This document shows positions 9,231-19,164 of a DNA stretch of 64,000 nucleotides, piece by piece (positions within the stretch are counted from its first letter, which is position 1; the number at the start of each line of letters is the position of its first letter). The notes under the pieces are model-generated. The model saw nothing but the letters and a program-made list of their open reading frames with translations, did no database searches and was not told where the DNA came from. The stretch covers positions 9,645-73,644 of the forward strand of contig JAQXMB010000059.1 of NCBI GenBank assembly GCA_029012425.1, in the 5' to 3' direction. The stretch comes from a bacterium (GTDB taxonomy: Bacteria; Bacillota; Clostridia; Lachnospirales; Lachnospiraceae). The position numbers and the translations under genes were made by a program.

Positions 9231-10910
9231 TTACTCAACGGAAAGGATGTAATAATAAATTGGCTGTCCACCATAGTTCACTTCAATTTCAAGGTCGCCA
9301 TAGAGTTCTTCAAGTTTCTCACCAAGTGCAGCTGCATCCTCTTCTGCCACATCAGAACCATAATATAGACTGACAATACCGGATTCGTCATCGACAAGTG
9401 TAGCAATCATCTCAAGCAGCGTTTCTTCCATATCCTGACCCACGGACACAATACCGGAATCACCGATTCCCATATAATCATTTTCCTTGATTTCCTTGTC
9501 ATCAATCACAGTATCACGAACAGCATAGGTAATCTGTCCGGATTTAACCATTGAAAGCTGCTCTTCCATGCGGGCAGCATTTTCCTTGGCATCCTGTTCG
9601 GGAATAAAATTTATCAAAGCTGATATTCCCTGCGGAACCGTCTTTGTCGGAATGACATATATCTTTTTGTCTTCAGATAAAGAAGCTGCCTGATTTGCTG
9701 CAAGAATAATATTCTTATTGTTCGGCAATACAAAAATATTTTTTGCAGGAACCTTATCAATTGCACATAAGATATCATCGGTACTCGGATTCATGGTCTG
9801 GCCGCCTTCAATCACATAATCTACACCAAGACCACGGAAAATCTCAGCAAGACCGTCACCCGCTGAGACGCTGATAAATCCCATCTCTTTCAATTCAACA
9901 GGTGCTGATTCTTTTGATTTTAGTTCCTCAAGCTGCTGTGCAGCCACCTTCTGCGCATCCTTGATCAGACGCTCCTGATGTTCTTCACGCATATTATCGA
10001 TTTTAATTCTACTGAGTGATCCATGTTTCAATGCTTCCTGAATGGCTAATCCGGGATCGTTGGTATGTACATGGGTCTTAACAATTTCATCATCAGCAAC
10101 AACAACAATGGAATCACCAATTGAGGTAAGGAATGCTTTGTAGTTGTTTACCTGTTCATCTGTCAACGGCTGATTTAATACAATAATGAACTCTGTACAA
10201 TATCCAAATTTAATCTCGGCTTCTGTCTCAGGTGTAATTTTTACAAATTCAGATCCACCGGCAGGCTTCTCAAATGTGCTGTAATCGATTTCTTTGCCCA
10301 TTAAAGCATCATAGGCACCTTGAAGTACAACAACAAGCCCCTGTCCGCCGGAATCTACAACACCTGCCTGTTTTAATACCGGCAACATATCAGGTGTCTT
10401 CTTAAGAACTGCTTCCGCTTCATCAATAACCGCTTTAACAAACACTTCAACATCAGATGTCTCATCAACCATCTCAATTGCTTTGTCCGCTGCGGCACGA
10501 GCAACTGTGAGAATGGTTCCTTCCTTCGGCTTCATGACTGCTTTATACGCAGTTTCAACAGCTTTATCGCATGCCTGGGCAAGAATTACAGTATCAAGAA
10601 CATCATAATTTGCAATTACTTTGGTAAAACCTCTGAAAAGCTGTGAAAGAATAACCCCGGAATTACCTCTTGCACCACGAAGTGAACCAGAAGAAACAGC
10701 CTTTGAAACAGACTTCATATTCTGCTTTTCAAGACCACTTAACTCCTTTGCAGCAGAAAGGATTGTCATTGACATATTGGTTCCTGTATCTCCATCCGGT
10801 ACAGGAAAAACATTCAATTCATTAATCCATTCTTTCTTTGCCTCTAAATTCTTCGCACCGGCCAAAAACATTTTGGCCAAAAGCGATGCATCTATCGTAG
10901 TTGTTCCCAC
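9231..10910 (-). CDS. DAK2-domain fatty acid kinase subunit (FakA/YloV)
   Basis: LNVFPVPDGDTGTNM, GARGNSGVILSQ, FGYCTEF, GGQTMNPS. Confidence 0.95.
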   Translation of the reverse strand: MGTTTIDASLLAKMFLAGAKNLEAKKEWINELNVFPVPDGDTGTNMSMTILSAAKELSGLEKQNMKSVSKAVSSGSLRGARGNSGVILSQLFRGFTKVIANYDVLDTVILAQACDKAVETAYKAVMKPKEGTILTVARAAADKAIEMVDETSDVEVFVKAVIDEAEAVLKKTPDMLPVLKQAGVVDSGGQGLVVVLQGAYDALMGKEIDYSTFEKPAGGSEFVKITPETEAEIKFGYCTEFIIVLNQPLTDEQVNNYKAFLTSIGDSIVVVADDEIVKTHVHTNDPGLAIQEALKHGSLSRIKIDNMREEHQERLIKDAQKVAAQQLEELKSKESAPVELKEMGFISVSAGDGLAEIFRGLGVDYVIEGGQTMNPSTDDILCAIDKVPAKNIFVLPNNKNIILAANQAASLSEDKKIYVIPTKTVPQGISALINFIPEQDAKENAARMEEQLSMVKSGQITYAVRDTVIDDKEIKENDYMGIGDSGIVSVGQDMEETLLEMIATLVDDESGIVSLYYGSDVAEEDAAALGEKLEELYGDLEIEVNYGGQPIYYYILSVE

Positions 10911-10922
10911 TTGACTTTCCTC

Positions 10923-11282
10923 CTAATCAATTACTCTTACGCCTTCGACTGAAATGTTAATTTGTTTAATATTCATACCGGTGAATTCTTCGACGCGATA
11001 CTTAACAGTTTCAATCAAATTATCTGATACAGTGAAAATACTTACGCCATAAGCAATGATCACATGAAAATCAATACTAATCTCATTATTATCATCTACG
11101 CTCACATTTATACCATGAGAAAGATAATCTCTCTTCAAAAGCTTGACTAAGCCATCCTTCATGTTCACTGCAGCCATTCCAACAATGCCAAAGCATTCAA
11201 CTGCAACAGAACCGGCATAGGTTGCAATAACATCCGAATCAATGGTAACAGTACCCAAAGAATTGGTTAATTGTCCATTCAT
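10923..11282 (-). CDS. Asp23/Gls24 family protein (YloU)
   Basis: AVECFGIVGM..., HVIIAYGV, INISVEGVRV; start at ATG 11282 after GGAGGG. Confidence 0.93.
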   Translation of the reverse strand: MNGQLTNSLGTVTIDSDVIATYAGSVAVECFGIVGMAAVNMKDGLVKLLKRDYLSHGINVSVDDNNEISIDFHVIIAYGVSIFTVSDNLIETVKYRVEEFTGMNIKQINISVEGVRVID

Positions 11283-11381
11283 AGTTGTCCCTCCATATCT
11301 CATAGTGATTTCTATTCTATACCATGCGAAAAAAAAAATAAACATTTATTTGATTATTTTGCAATTTTTTTCATTTTATTC

Positions 11382-11410
11382 TTGCATTACATATTTGTAT
11401 CTGATAAAAT
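11382..11410 (+). promoter_or_regulatory. sigma-A promoter of rpmB
   Basis: TTGCAT-17-TAAAAT with extended TG and an AT-rich UP-like tract. Confidence 0.7.
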
Positions 11411-11476
11411 GTCCTAGTATGAGTTTGAGACAAATGAGTTTCAGACTAATTGAGAACCGGACAAGGAGGTGCAGTC

Positions 11477-11662
11477 ATGGCAAAGTGTGCAGTATGTGGA
11501 AAAGGTGTTCATTTTGGAAACAATGTGAGCCATTCTCATAGAAGATCAAACAGAATTTTCAAATCTAACATCAGATCTGTCCGTTGTAAAGTAAACGGTG
11601 GAACAAAGACACAGTATGTTTGTGCAAGATGTTTGAAGTCTGGAAAAGTTGAGCGTGCTTAA
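11477..11662 (+). CDS. rpmB: 50S ribosomal protein L28 (Zn-ribbon form)
   Basis: MAKCAVCGKGVHFGNNVSHSH...VCARCLKSGKV; SD AGGAGG. Confidence 0.97.
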   Translation: MAKCAVCGKGVHFGNNVSHSHRRSNRIFKSNIRSVRCKVNGGTKTQYVCARCLKSGKVERA

Positions 11663-11681
11663 TTTGATTTTTGCATGAGAT

Positions 11682-11712
11682 AAAAAGGAGCTGAGTTTCA
11701 GCTCCTTTTTTT
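11682..11712. terminator. Bidirectional terminator between rpmB and the small ORF
   Basis: AAAAAGGAGCTGA-GTT-TCAGCTCCTTTTT. Confidence 0.85.
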
Positions 11713-11713
11713 A

Positions 11714-11851
11714 TCATTTACAAAACAGATAATATCCACACAGCATCAGTCCTGCGATCAGACATACAATTAACACTTTACTATCAAAAAATAAGGTAAA
11801 AAGCATTCCGATTGCAAGAAAGAATAATGCAAATCCAATCAGTCTTCTCAC
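11714..11851 (-). CDS. 45-aa small membrane protein (not in ORF track)
   Basis: GGAGGTGAACT-GTG start; MRRLIGFALFFLAIGMLFTLFFDSKVLIVCLIAGLMLCGYYLFCK*; two hydrophobic segments; ends at a terminator. Confidence 0.8.
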   Translation of the reverse strand: MRRLIGFALFFLAIGMLFTLFFDSKVLIVCLIAGLMLCGYYLFCK

Positions 11852-11875
11852 AGTTCACCTCCGACGGGTCGGATG

Positions 11876-11912
11876 CAAAAAACGCATATATTATTTTACA
11901 ATATATGCGTTT
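11876..11912 (-). terminator. Terminator after gerW
   Basis: 13-bp inverted repeat AAACGCATATATT/AATATATGCGTTT with U-tract on the minus strand. Confidence 0.7.
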
Positions 11913-11919
11913 CCCTTCT

Positions 11920-12339
11920 TTATGATTCCGTATTTACAGCATCCGCCAGCATATCTGACATTTTTTCAGAGGCTTCTTTTTTGGTCTGTTCATTTACTTC
12001 CGTTTTACTTTTGCAGGTAAACTTATCAACGAATTCCGGTACCATATCAAGCAACTTTGTGATGCCATCCTGATTTTTTACATTTACAAGCTTCGTATTC
12101 CCATTTTGAATCACGAGCACCGCACTCGGCTGTACACGACCGCCAAGTCCACCCGCTCCGCTATCCTTCTTTTCACCGGAAAATGCACCGGCTGCAACAC
12201 CGAAAGATACATCCACAAGCGGTAAAATGATTGTATCACCGATATGAATCGCATCTCCTACAACCGTCTTTGTTGTCAAAAAGCTATCCATTCCTTTAAA
12301 TAATGATTCTACTGTTGCGCGAAAATTGTTGTCTGCCAT
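11920..12339 (-). CDS. GerW/YtfJ family sporulation protein
   Basis: TKTVVGDAI..IILPLVDVSFGVAAG..GAGGLGGRVQPSAVLVI. Confidence 0.9.
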   Translation of the reverse strand: MADNNFRATVESLFKGMDSFLTTKTVVGDAIHIGDTIILPLVDVSFGVAAGAFSGEKKDSGAGGLGGRVQPSAVLVIQNGNTKLVNVKNQDGITKLLDMVPEFVDKFTCKSKTEVNEQTKKEASEKMSDMLADAVNTES

Positions 12340-12349
12340 AAAAACCTCC

Positions 12350-13192
12350 TTATGATTTCCGTAATATTATGCTTCGAACATCTCGATCGAAAATCAGACG
12401 AATACCGCTTCTTACAGCGTGTATTAGTCTTGCATGTCCACGAACACAAATCGTTCCCTTTACATAGAACGCTTCGGAAATAAAATCCGGGCAGATAGAC
12501 ACACCCTTTTTATATGCAAGCGGACATATACTGAGCATACCGGTTACATATCCGGTATTTGCAGGATCACCCATTGAAAATGTCACATTGGCGCTTCCTT
12601 TTCTCGGGCCGAAATGTCGGATCAGAACCAATACTTCATGAAAAATCAATTGCATCGCATGCAGATTTTTCTTATCTGTTATTCCGGATCGAATCGCCAA
12701 AAATCGTTCTTTAAATGAACGATTGCTGTTACCTGCGGATTTTTCTTTTTTTACTGCATGTTTCTTCTTTGTATGTTCTGTCTGTTTTTCAGACGCCATG
12801 GTCTGCATTTCATCGTGCTTATCATCCGCTGATGCCGTCCCGGCAATATCAGTTTTCAAAGAATCTGATTTGCCTGATGGTTCCTCTCCCGATGATTCAG
12901 CAATGTCAGCCGCCTCTTTTTTTTGACGCTTACGAATCGGAATACCAAACACACGCATCAAAAGCTTTAAGGTTGGCTTTTCTTCTCCTTCGTCGGTATC
13001 GAATCGAAGTATCCCTTGAAAAAACAAATATTGAATGGAAACAAACAGCTTCTTTTGATCAAGCCATTCTCCGCTTAGGCGATATGAAACAGGTACAAAT
13101 AATGCGGTGAAAACCAGTAGCAAAAAAATACTAAGGATGATAAGTAATAACCATCCAAGCAGCTTAAGAATAAATAGTATCACGCTTAACAT
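12350..13192 (-). CDS. DUF2953 (YtfI-like) membrane protein
   Basis: N-terminal TM, FSMGDPANTG, ICPDF; adjacent to gerW as in ytfI-ytfJ. Confidence 0.8.
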   Translation of the reverse strand: MLSVILFILKLLGWLLLIILSIFLLLVFTALFVPVSYRLSGEWLDQKKLFVSIQYLFFQGILRFDTDEGEEKPTLKLLMRVFGIPIRKRQKKEAADIAESSGEEPSGKSDSLKTDIAGTASADDKHDEMQTMASEKQTEHTKKKHAVKKEKSAGNSNRSFKERFLAIRSGITDKKNLHAMQLIFHEVLVLIRHFGPRKGSANVTFSMGDPANTGYVTGMLSICPLAYKKGVSICPDFISEAFYVKGTICVRGHARLIHAVRSGIRLIFDRDVRSIILRKS

Positions 13193-13533
13193 AACAGCCC
13201 ATCCCTCCTGCTATTATGCCAATATTTCGCAAAATAATCCCGTATCTGAAATTCACCTCGTGCAGCATAATACGAAAGCAGAATTTTACAGGCAAGCTCC
13301 TGTGCTTCCTCGTAATTACTTGCCAAACCAATAATCATTAGCCCTTTTTTCGGATAATGGCGCTTATAAACCTCTCGCACGGATATGATATCGATCAGGC
13401 TCTCATGATTTGAAGACAACGCAAGCAGATAAGCTCCACAGGATATGCGATATTTTTTGATTCTACGGATCATTCGCTTTTGTTTGCGCGGGCTTATACT
13501 CTCCCCTACAAATAAATCGTCATACCATATCAT
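13186..13533 (-). CDS. Hypothetical protein, translationally coupled to the DUF2953 gene
   Basis: GAGGA SD, 115-aa ORF, 7-nt overlap with the next gene. Confidence 0.75.
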   Translation of the reverse strand: MIWYDDLFVGESISPRKQKRMIRRIKKYRISCGAYLLALSSNHESLIDIISVREVYKRHYPKKGLMIIGLASNYEEAQELACKILLSYYAARGEFQIRDYFAKYWHNSRRDGLLC

Positions 13534-13586
13534 ATATCATCCTCAAAGTTCCATAAGAATATGCTTGCCATATTCATTTTCGGCTG

Positions 13587-14039
13587 CTAAAAATACTTTC
13601 GACTGCCCCATAAATTACTCTTTTTTAAATCCAGGTATTCATTATACGCTTTTTCCAAAATCTGCTTTTCATTGTTAAATTTCAGAAGGTGATACGCTTC
13701 ATGAAATTTATAATACCCGGAGTCCACAAAATATTCTTCACGCTGCGGTTTACTGTAATAGCTGTCTCCCATCATCAGATACCAATGAACTTCCTTGTGT
13801 ACGATATCCTCCGGGACATTGAAAGAATACTGACTTTTGCCTATATATTTAATTATCGCAGCATCAATGCCGGCTTCCTCGTGTACTTCTCTGGCGGCAG
13901 TTTCTTTATAATCTTCGCCATCCTCAACAGTTCCTTTGGGAAGTACCCAGCCTTCATATTTGTTGCGATAATTCTTATAAAGCAATAGAATCTTTCCTCG
14001 AAATATTACCACACCGCCACAGCTCGTTGCTTCGATCAT
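13587..14039 (-). CDS. NUDIX hydrolase
   Basis: Nudix box GTVEDGEDYKETAAREVHEEAG. Confidence 0.93.
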   Translation of the reverse strand: MIEATSCGGVVIFRGKILLLYKNYRNKYEGWVLPKGTVEDGEDYKETAAREVHEEAGIDAAIIKYIGKSQYSFNVPEDIVHKEVHWYLMMGDSYYSKPQREEYFVDSGYYKFHEAYHLLKFNNEKQILEKAYNEYLDLKKSNLWGSRKYF

Positions 14040-14090
14040 TGCAATTCCTCCTGATGTGGTTAAAAATCTTTCATCGAGACAAGTATACTC

Positions 14091-15566
14091 TTATTTGAAG
14101 TAGGTGTCAAACACGGCTTTTGCAATCGGAACAGCAAATCTGCTTCCGTTTCCTGCTTCTTCTACAACAACAGAAATCGCAATTGATTCTTTCCCTTTGG
14201 CGTTTGCGAACCCCACAAACCATGCATGCGAGTCCCCTTTATTTGTTCCATACTCTGCCGATCCGGTTTTGCCGTAAGCCTGATAATCGCTGCTTTGAAG
14301 TGCACTTGCTGTTCCTTCATCAACCACAGTTTTCATATAACTTCGCAAAATATGTGCTTCTTTTTCATTCATCAGTTGTCGATAAGAGGCGGGCTTCGTT
14401 TGTGAAAGAACATTTCCATCACTACTTATGACCCCATCAACAACATACGGTGTCATAAGAACACCATTATTTGCAATCGCACTTGTCACAAGTGCCATAT
14501 GAAGAGGACTTACCAGAGTGTCCCCCTGACCGATTGCTGTTGACATGATAAGACTTTTCGAATCGTTTGGTGATAACGAAAAGCTGCTTTGTGAGGATGC
14601 AGCATCAAAGGGCAGCGTCTCATTGAATAAAAGCTCTTTACATGTCAATTCAAACTGATTCAGGTCTAAGCCAAGCCCAATATTGGCAAACGAACTATTG
14701 CATGATTTTGCCAATGATTTTCGTAAATTTACAGAACCATGCACCGCATTGTTATAACAGTGTATGGTATGGTTATCTTCCGCTATTTTTCCGGTGCAAT
14801 CATAGTTATATGACTTGTATTCGTTCGGATTTTCTCGTACATATTCAAGCGCCGTGATTAATTTGAAGGTACTGCCGGGTGGGTATAATCCCTGGGTTGC
14901 GCGATTCAAAAGGACGGATGTTTTTTCGTCATCTGCAATGATACGATTCCAATCCTGAACGATTCGATTCGGGTCAAAATCAGGTTTTGATACCATCGCC
15001 AGAATCTTACCGGTAGAAGGCTCCATAACAATCGCAGCGCCTTTGTAATCGCCAAGCGCATCGTACAGCTTTTGCTGAATATCCGGATTCAGCGTCGTCA
15101 TTACAGAATCACCCGTATTCTTTTTCCCTTCAAGCTCATTCAATACGCGTTCAAGAATAAATGAATGTGAACGAAGCAATTCAAATTGATGATTGGATTC
15201 TAAACCGCTACCACCATTTTGCGCATATCCAATTACATGGGCATATTGATTGGCATGGGGATATTTTCTGATTTCTTTCCCGCTTTTTGTCACTTCCGTA
15301 GTAGCAAGAACCGTTCCGTCTGATGCAAGGATATCTCCTCTTATGACGCGGTCGGAAAAATGATCTAGTCTTGCATTATAAGGACTATTAATAAATGATT
15401 CACTTTTTGCGATTTGAAAATAACAAAAATATCCTATCATTGCGATAAAGATACCGGTAAAAAAATATGCAATCACAGCAAACTCTTTATTATTATCCGG
15501 ATGCTTTTTTGTTTTCTTTTCGCTTTTTTCTTTTTTTTCGTGTATCATCCTGCGATATCGTTTCAT
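14091..15566 (-). CDS. Class B penicillin-binding transpeptidase (PbpA-like)
   Basis: PGSTFK (SxxK), SCN (SxN), KTG; N-terminal TM; start (15566 vs 15578) uncertain. Confidence 0.92.
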   Translation of the reverse strand: MKRYRRMIHEKKEKSEKKTKKHPDNNKEFAVIAYFFTGIFIAMIGYFCYFQIAKSESFINSPYNARLDHFSDRVIRGDILASDGTVLATTEVTKSGKEIRKYPHANQYAHVIGYAQNGGSGLESNHQFELLRSHSFILERVLNELEGKKNTGDSVMTTLNPDIQQKLYDALGDYKGAAIVMEPSTGKILAMVSKPDFDPNRIVQDWNRIIADDEKTSVLLNRATQGLYPPGSTFKLITALEYVRENPNEYKSYNYDCTGKIAEDNHTIHCYNNAVHGSVNLRKSLAKSCNSSFANIGLGLDLNQFELTCKELLFNETLPFDAASSQSSFSLSPNDSKSLIMSTAIGQGDTLVSPLHMALVTSAIANNGVLMTPYVVDGVISSDGNVLSQTKPASYRQLMNEKEAHILRSYMKTVVDEGTASALQSSDYQAYGKTGSAEYGTNKGDSHAWFVGFANAKGKESIAISVVVEEAGNGSRFAVPIAKAVFDTYFK

Positions 15567-16875
15567 CAATAATTTCATCCTCTCTCAACAGGTAAAGCCC
15601 CTGAATAATTGAAAAAATAATAAAAGTGCTGACCAATGAGCTTCCGCCATAGCTGACAAGCGGTAAAGTCACACCGGTTGACGGAATAAACTTTATGACT
15701 CCTCCGATTGTCAGAAACACCTGAAATCCATACACGGTACCGAGTCCAAGTGCAACAAGCTTATAAAACTGATTGTGAATCTGAAGTGCAACATTCAAAA
15801 ACATCAGATAACAGCTTGCACATACTAAAATCAGACAGATTGCAAATAATCCTCCTAATTCTTCTGAGATTGCTGCAAATACAAAATCTTCGTCAGCAAC
15901 AGGGATTTTGTTTGGCATCCCCTGATACAGTCCAAGACCAAACCATCCTCCTGTACCTATTGCGAAAAGAGACTGGCACACCTGATATCCCTGATTATCA
16001 ATGACTGCTACAGGATCTTTCCATGCCATCACCCGTACTTTTACATGATTAAAAATCCGATATGCAACAACTGATGCTGCCGAACCGGCTGCAAGGCCTA
16101 AAATCAGATAATGCGTCTTTCTGGTTGCCACATACAGCATAACCAGATATGTGATAAAATAAATCAAAGCACTTCCTAAATCTTTGGATGCAACAAGGAT
16201 CAGTACATGCAATGCCGCAATCGAAGAAGTAATCACCACCTGTCTGAAGTCAGTTGCATGATAGAGCATCGCCGCAACAAAGAAAACAAAAAGAATCTTA
16301 ATAAATTCAGACGGTTGAACCGATACACCGCTAAATGTAATAGTTAATTTCGCACCATAGCTTGTCTTCCCGGTCACTGCAACGAGAACTAGCAGGGCAA
16401 TACCAATGATTGCATAGAAAAACGGCAATTTATGAAGGAAATGAATATGATGAATTACAAAAGGAATCAACATTGTAATGACTGTTGCTCCGGCTGCAAA
16501 ATAAAACTGTCGAAATGCTTTGTCCGGATTTAATCTCATAAGCATGATAAATCCAATGATTAAAAGCATACATAGATGATTCGTGATCAGACTTGCAGCA
16601 TTTTTGTATACATATCGATAAATCAGTTGAATTGCGCATACCAAGAGAACCTGCATTGCAAAAAAAGCCGGTAGTTTTAAATTGCCTGTCACAGCAAACA
16701 TCACTGCGTATGCGTCTAAATGAATGAAAAACATACACAACCGTTGATGCTTAAGTATTGCCGTCTGACGATTCATATCCTTTCTTTTTTTCAGTACGGA
16801 AAAGCTCTCATAAGTGTAACAGGCAAATAAGATAATCATCAGATATTTTGATATTTCTGTAATGATTGTAACCAT
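15493..16875 (-). CDS. FtsW/RodA/SpoVE SEDS glycosyltransferase
   Basis: VQPSEFIK, KDLGSALI, GYQ..SLFAIGTGG, DFVFAAISEELG, TGVTLPLVSYGGSS. Confidence 0.95.
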   Translation of the reverse strand: MVTIITEISKYLMIILFACYTYESFSVLKKRKDMNRQTAILKHQRLCMFFIHLDAYAVMFAVTGNLKLPAFFAMQVLLVCAIQLIYRYVYKNAASLITNHLCMLLIIGFIMLMRLNPDKAFRQFYFAAGATVITMLIPFVIHHIHFLHKLPFFYAIIGIALLVLVAVTGKTSYGAKLTITFSGVSVQPSEFIKILFVFFVAAMLYHATDFRQVVITSSIAALHVLILVASKDLGSALIYFITYLVMLYVATRKTHYLILGLAAGSAASVVAYRIFNHVKVRVMAWKDPVAVIDNQGYQVCQSLFAIGTGGWFGLGLYQGMPNKIPVADEDFVFAAISEELGGLFAICLILVCASCYLMFLNVALQIHNQFYKLVALGLGTVYGFQVFLTIGGVIKFIPSTGVTLPLVSYGGSSLVSTFIIFSIIQGLYLLREDEIIDETISQDDTRKKRKKRKENKKASG

Positions 16876-16883
16876 AAGACTCC

Positions 16884-19091
16884 TTATTCCACACCACGCT
16901 TAAAATGACCTCTTGTAAACTCTCCGGATTGTGCATGCTCTAAAATGCCCTCTAGTACAAATGCTTTATAACAATCCAGTATCTCAATCACTCGTTTGGG
17001 CGATTCTACCGTAAAATCGATTCGCATGCTTTCCGGATTGATAGCATCTATCTCACCTCGTGTTACATTGTCAAACAGCATCATTGGCATGCTGTTATAG
17101 ATAACATTATAACAAAAGCTGCAATAATTTTTCACAATGAACTGCTTCTCATATCGATCCTTCAACGAAAGCTGTTTTGCGATTCTGTCACATGTATTCA
17201 GATTCTTATTGACACACTGATTGCTAACCATAAGCGGATAATATCCATAAATTACCATTTCTGTTCGCTTTGCCGTTTTATGTTTCAATTCTTTGGCGTT
17301 TAGCTCATACGGGAAGGTAATCCGAGCAAATCCCTGACTTAAAAAGAATTCTGATGCACGATTGGAAAAAGTATACACCGAAGCATCTAAACGAATTGCC
17401 CGGGAAGGGATGCCCATTCCAAGTAAATATCCGATAGAATCATAATTTTTTGCATAAAATCCTTGTATTTTCCGTGCCTGAAATAAATCCAACAGAAAAG
17501 TCCTGTTTTTCTCCAACAGGCAAACCGTTGATTCGCGAAAAACAGTCGGAAGCACAATCCATGCGTTATAATTACAAGCTTGTGTCATTTCTAACGCAAA
17601 GTTAAGCAGTTTTTCCATTTGATCAGACGCAGCCATATGCAAACAGATTCCAATATCTGTAATAAAATCATAGTTTGCGTTGCAGCAAGCCTGAAGCTGC
17701 TCAAAGGAATCACAGATCACAGTGAGTTGTTTACGAATATCATTTTGCTCATTCTCTTTCTTGAATGATATTTCCATCCTCTGATAAGACCGAGCTTTCC
17801 CATAGCGCCGGAAATCGGATAATAATTCTTTTTTGAGCAGTGATATTCCATCCCTGCGAAGACTTTTCAAAAACTGTTTGGGAACAAAGCTTTCATCATC
17901 CATAATTATTTCCAGATCAGAAAAAGTCACAAAGCTTTCGCCGGTCTGTAATAATACTTTTCTCACAGCTTCTTCTGTTGCAGGTGCATTTTTTGCACTT
18001 GAGATTTCGCCACAGGAAACGGATACTTTTTTACCGGTCTTACAATCCTGAATCGTTAGCGTTCCGGATTCATTTTGGTGTAAATGAACGGTTCCGAGCA
18101 CAGTTCTTTTTAATTCCCCACCAAACGCTTCGCTTGGCAGATCATTTGCCGAGCTATGGCTGGATGAAGAAAGACTCATCATCTGAGGTCCTTTTTCATT
18201 CCTGAAATATCCATCAGTAAAACCGCTTCGATTTCCGAGTTCCATCAGTCGTTTTCGGTCTTCATCGGATACATGATAGACCTCATCAGATAATTCAAGT
18301 ATATCAAGATACTTTCGATAGATTGCCGTTACTCCGGCTGCATAAGCAGTTTGTTTCATGCGTCCCTCGATTTTGAGCGATGACACACCTGCCTTACGAA
18401 GTTCAGGCAGCCAGTCAATTCCGCAGAGATCTTTGGGGCTTAACGGATATATGGGCCCGTTCTTTCTTCTCTCCGCCCATGTGGGTTCGTAAGAAAGTCT
18501 ACACGGCTGTGCACATCGGCCGCGATTACCGCTTCTTTGACCAAGTATACTGCTAAACAGGCATTGACCCGAATATGAATAACAAAGCGCACCATGGATA
18601 AAGCATTCAAGTTCAACATCCACTTGATTATGAATTGCTGCTATTTCATCGATTGAAAGCTCTCTCGAAAGAACAATGCGATCTGCTCCACGATCTTTCC
18701 AATATGCAGCCCCCGCGCTTCCGGTAACTGTCATTTGTGTACTTGTATGCAGCTCCAAACCCGGAAAATGCGTTTTAATAAACGAAAAAACACCTGCGTC
18801 CTGGACGATTACCGCATCGAGACCTCTCTCATAGTACACAAGCAGATAATCATAAAGCTGTTCTTCGATTTCCCTGTTTTTTAACAGCGTATTTACCGTC
18901 AAATGAAGTTTTTTATCAAACAGATGTGCATAATCAATTGCATACAACAGCTCGTCCTGTGTAAAATTTTTTGCATATGCGCGAGCACCAAATTGCGCAC
19001 CGCCAACATATACAGCATCTGCTCCCGCAGCAAGCACCGCCTGAAAGGTTTCCAGCGAACCGGCCGGTGCCAATAATTCCATTCGTTCCAT
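16884..19091 (-). CDS. U32-family protein with DUF3656-like region (RlhA-type RNA hydroxylation)
   Basis: ELLAPAG, HGALCYSYSGQC, SGNRGRCAQPCR, SLKIEGRMK, TRGHFKRGVE. Confidence 0.88.
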   Translation of the reverse strand: MERMELLAPAGSLETFQAVLAAGADAVYVGGAQFGARAYAKNFTQDELLYAIDYAHLFDKKLHLTVNTLLKNREIEEQLYDYLLVYYERGLDAVIVQDAGVFSFIKTHFPGLELHTSTQMTVTGSAGAAYWKDRGADRIVLSRELSIDEIAAIHNQVDVELECFIHGALCYSYSGQCLFSSILGQRSGNRGRCAQPCRLSYEPTWAERRKNGPIYPLSPKDLCGIDWLPELRKAGVSSLKIEGRMKQTAYAAGVTAIYRKYLDILELSDEVYHVSDEDRKRLMELGNRSGFTDGYFRNEKGPQMMSLSSSSHSSANDLPSEAFGGELKRTVLGTVHLHQNESGTLTIQDCKTGKKVSVSCGEISSAKNAPATEEAVRKVLLQTGESFVTFSDLEIIMDDESFVPKQFLKSLRRDGISLLKKELLSDFRRYGKARSYQRMEISFKKENEQNDIRKQLTVICDSFEQLQACCNANYDFITDIGICLHMAASDQMEKLLNFALEMTQACNYNAWIVLPTVFRESTVCLLEKNRTFLLDLFQARKIQGFYAKNYDSIGYLLGMGIPSRAIRLDASVYTFSNRASEFFLSQGFARITFPYELNAKELKHKTAKRTEMVIYGYYPLMVSNQCVNKNLNTCDRIAKQLSLKDRYEKQFIVKNYCSFCYNVIYNSMPMMLFDNVTRGEIDAINPESMRIDFTVESPKRVIEILDCYKAFVLEGILEHAQSGEFTRGHFKRGVE

Positions 19092-19123
19092 AGTATCTCC
19101 TATTATTGCAACCAATATAATAT

Positions 19124-19148
19124 AAAAGGGACGCATTGTGACGTCCCT
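19124..19148 (-). terminator. Terminator after zapA
   Basis: AAGGGACG/CGTCCCTT stem with U-tract on the minus strand. Confidence 0.6.
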
Positions 19149-19164
19149 TCTTTGTGTCTGTTAA

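Noticed and set aside
19092-19164. 6S RNA downstream of zapA
   Set aside because: The gap is about 73 nt and holds only a terminator and SD; too short.
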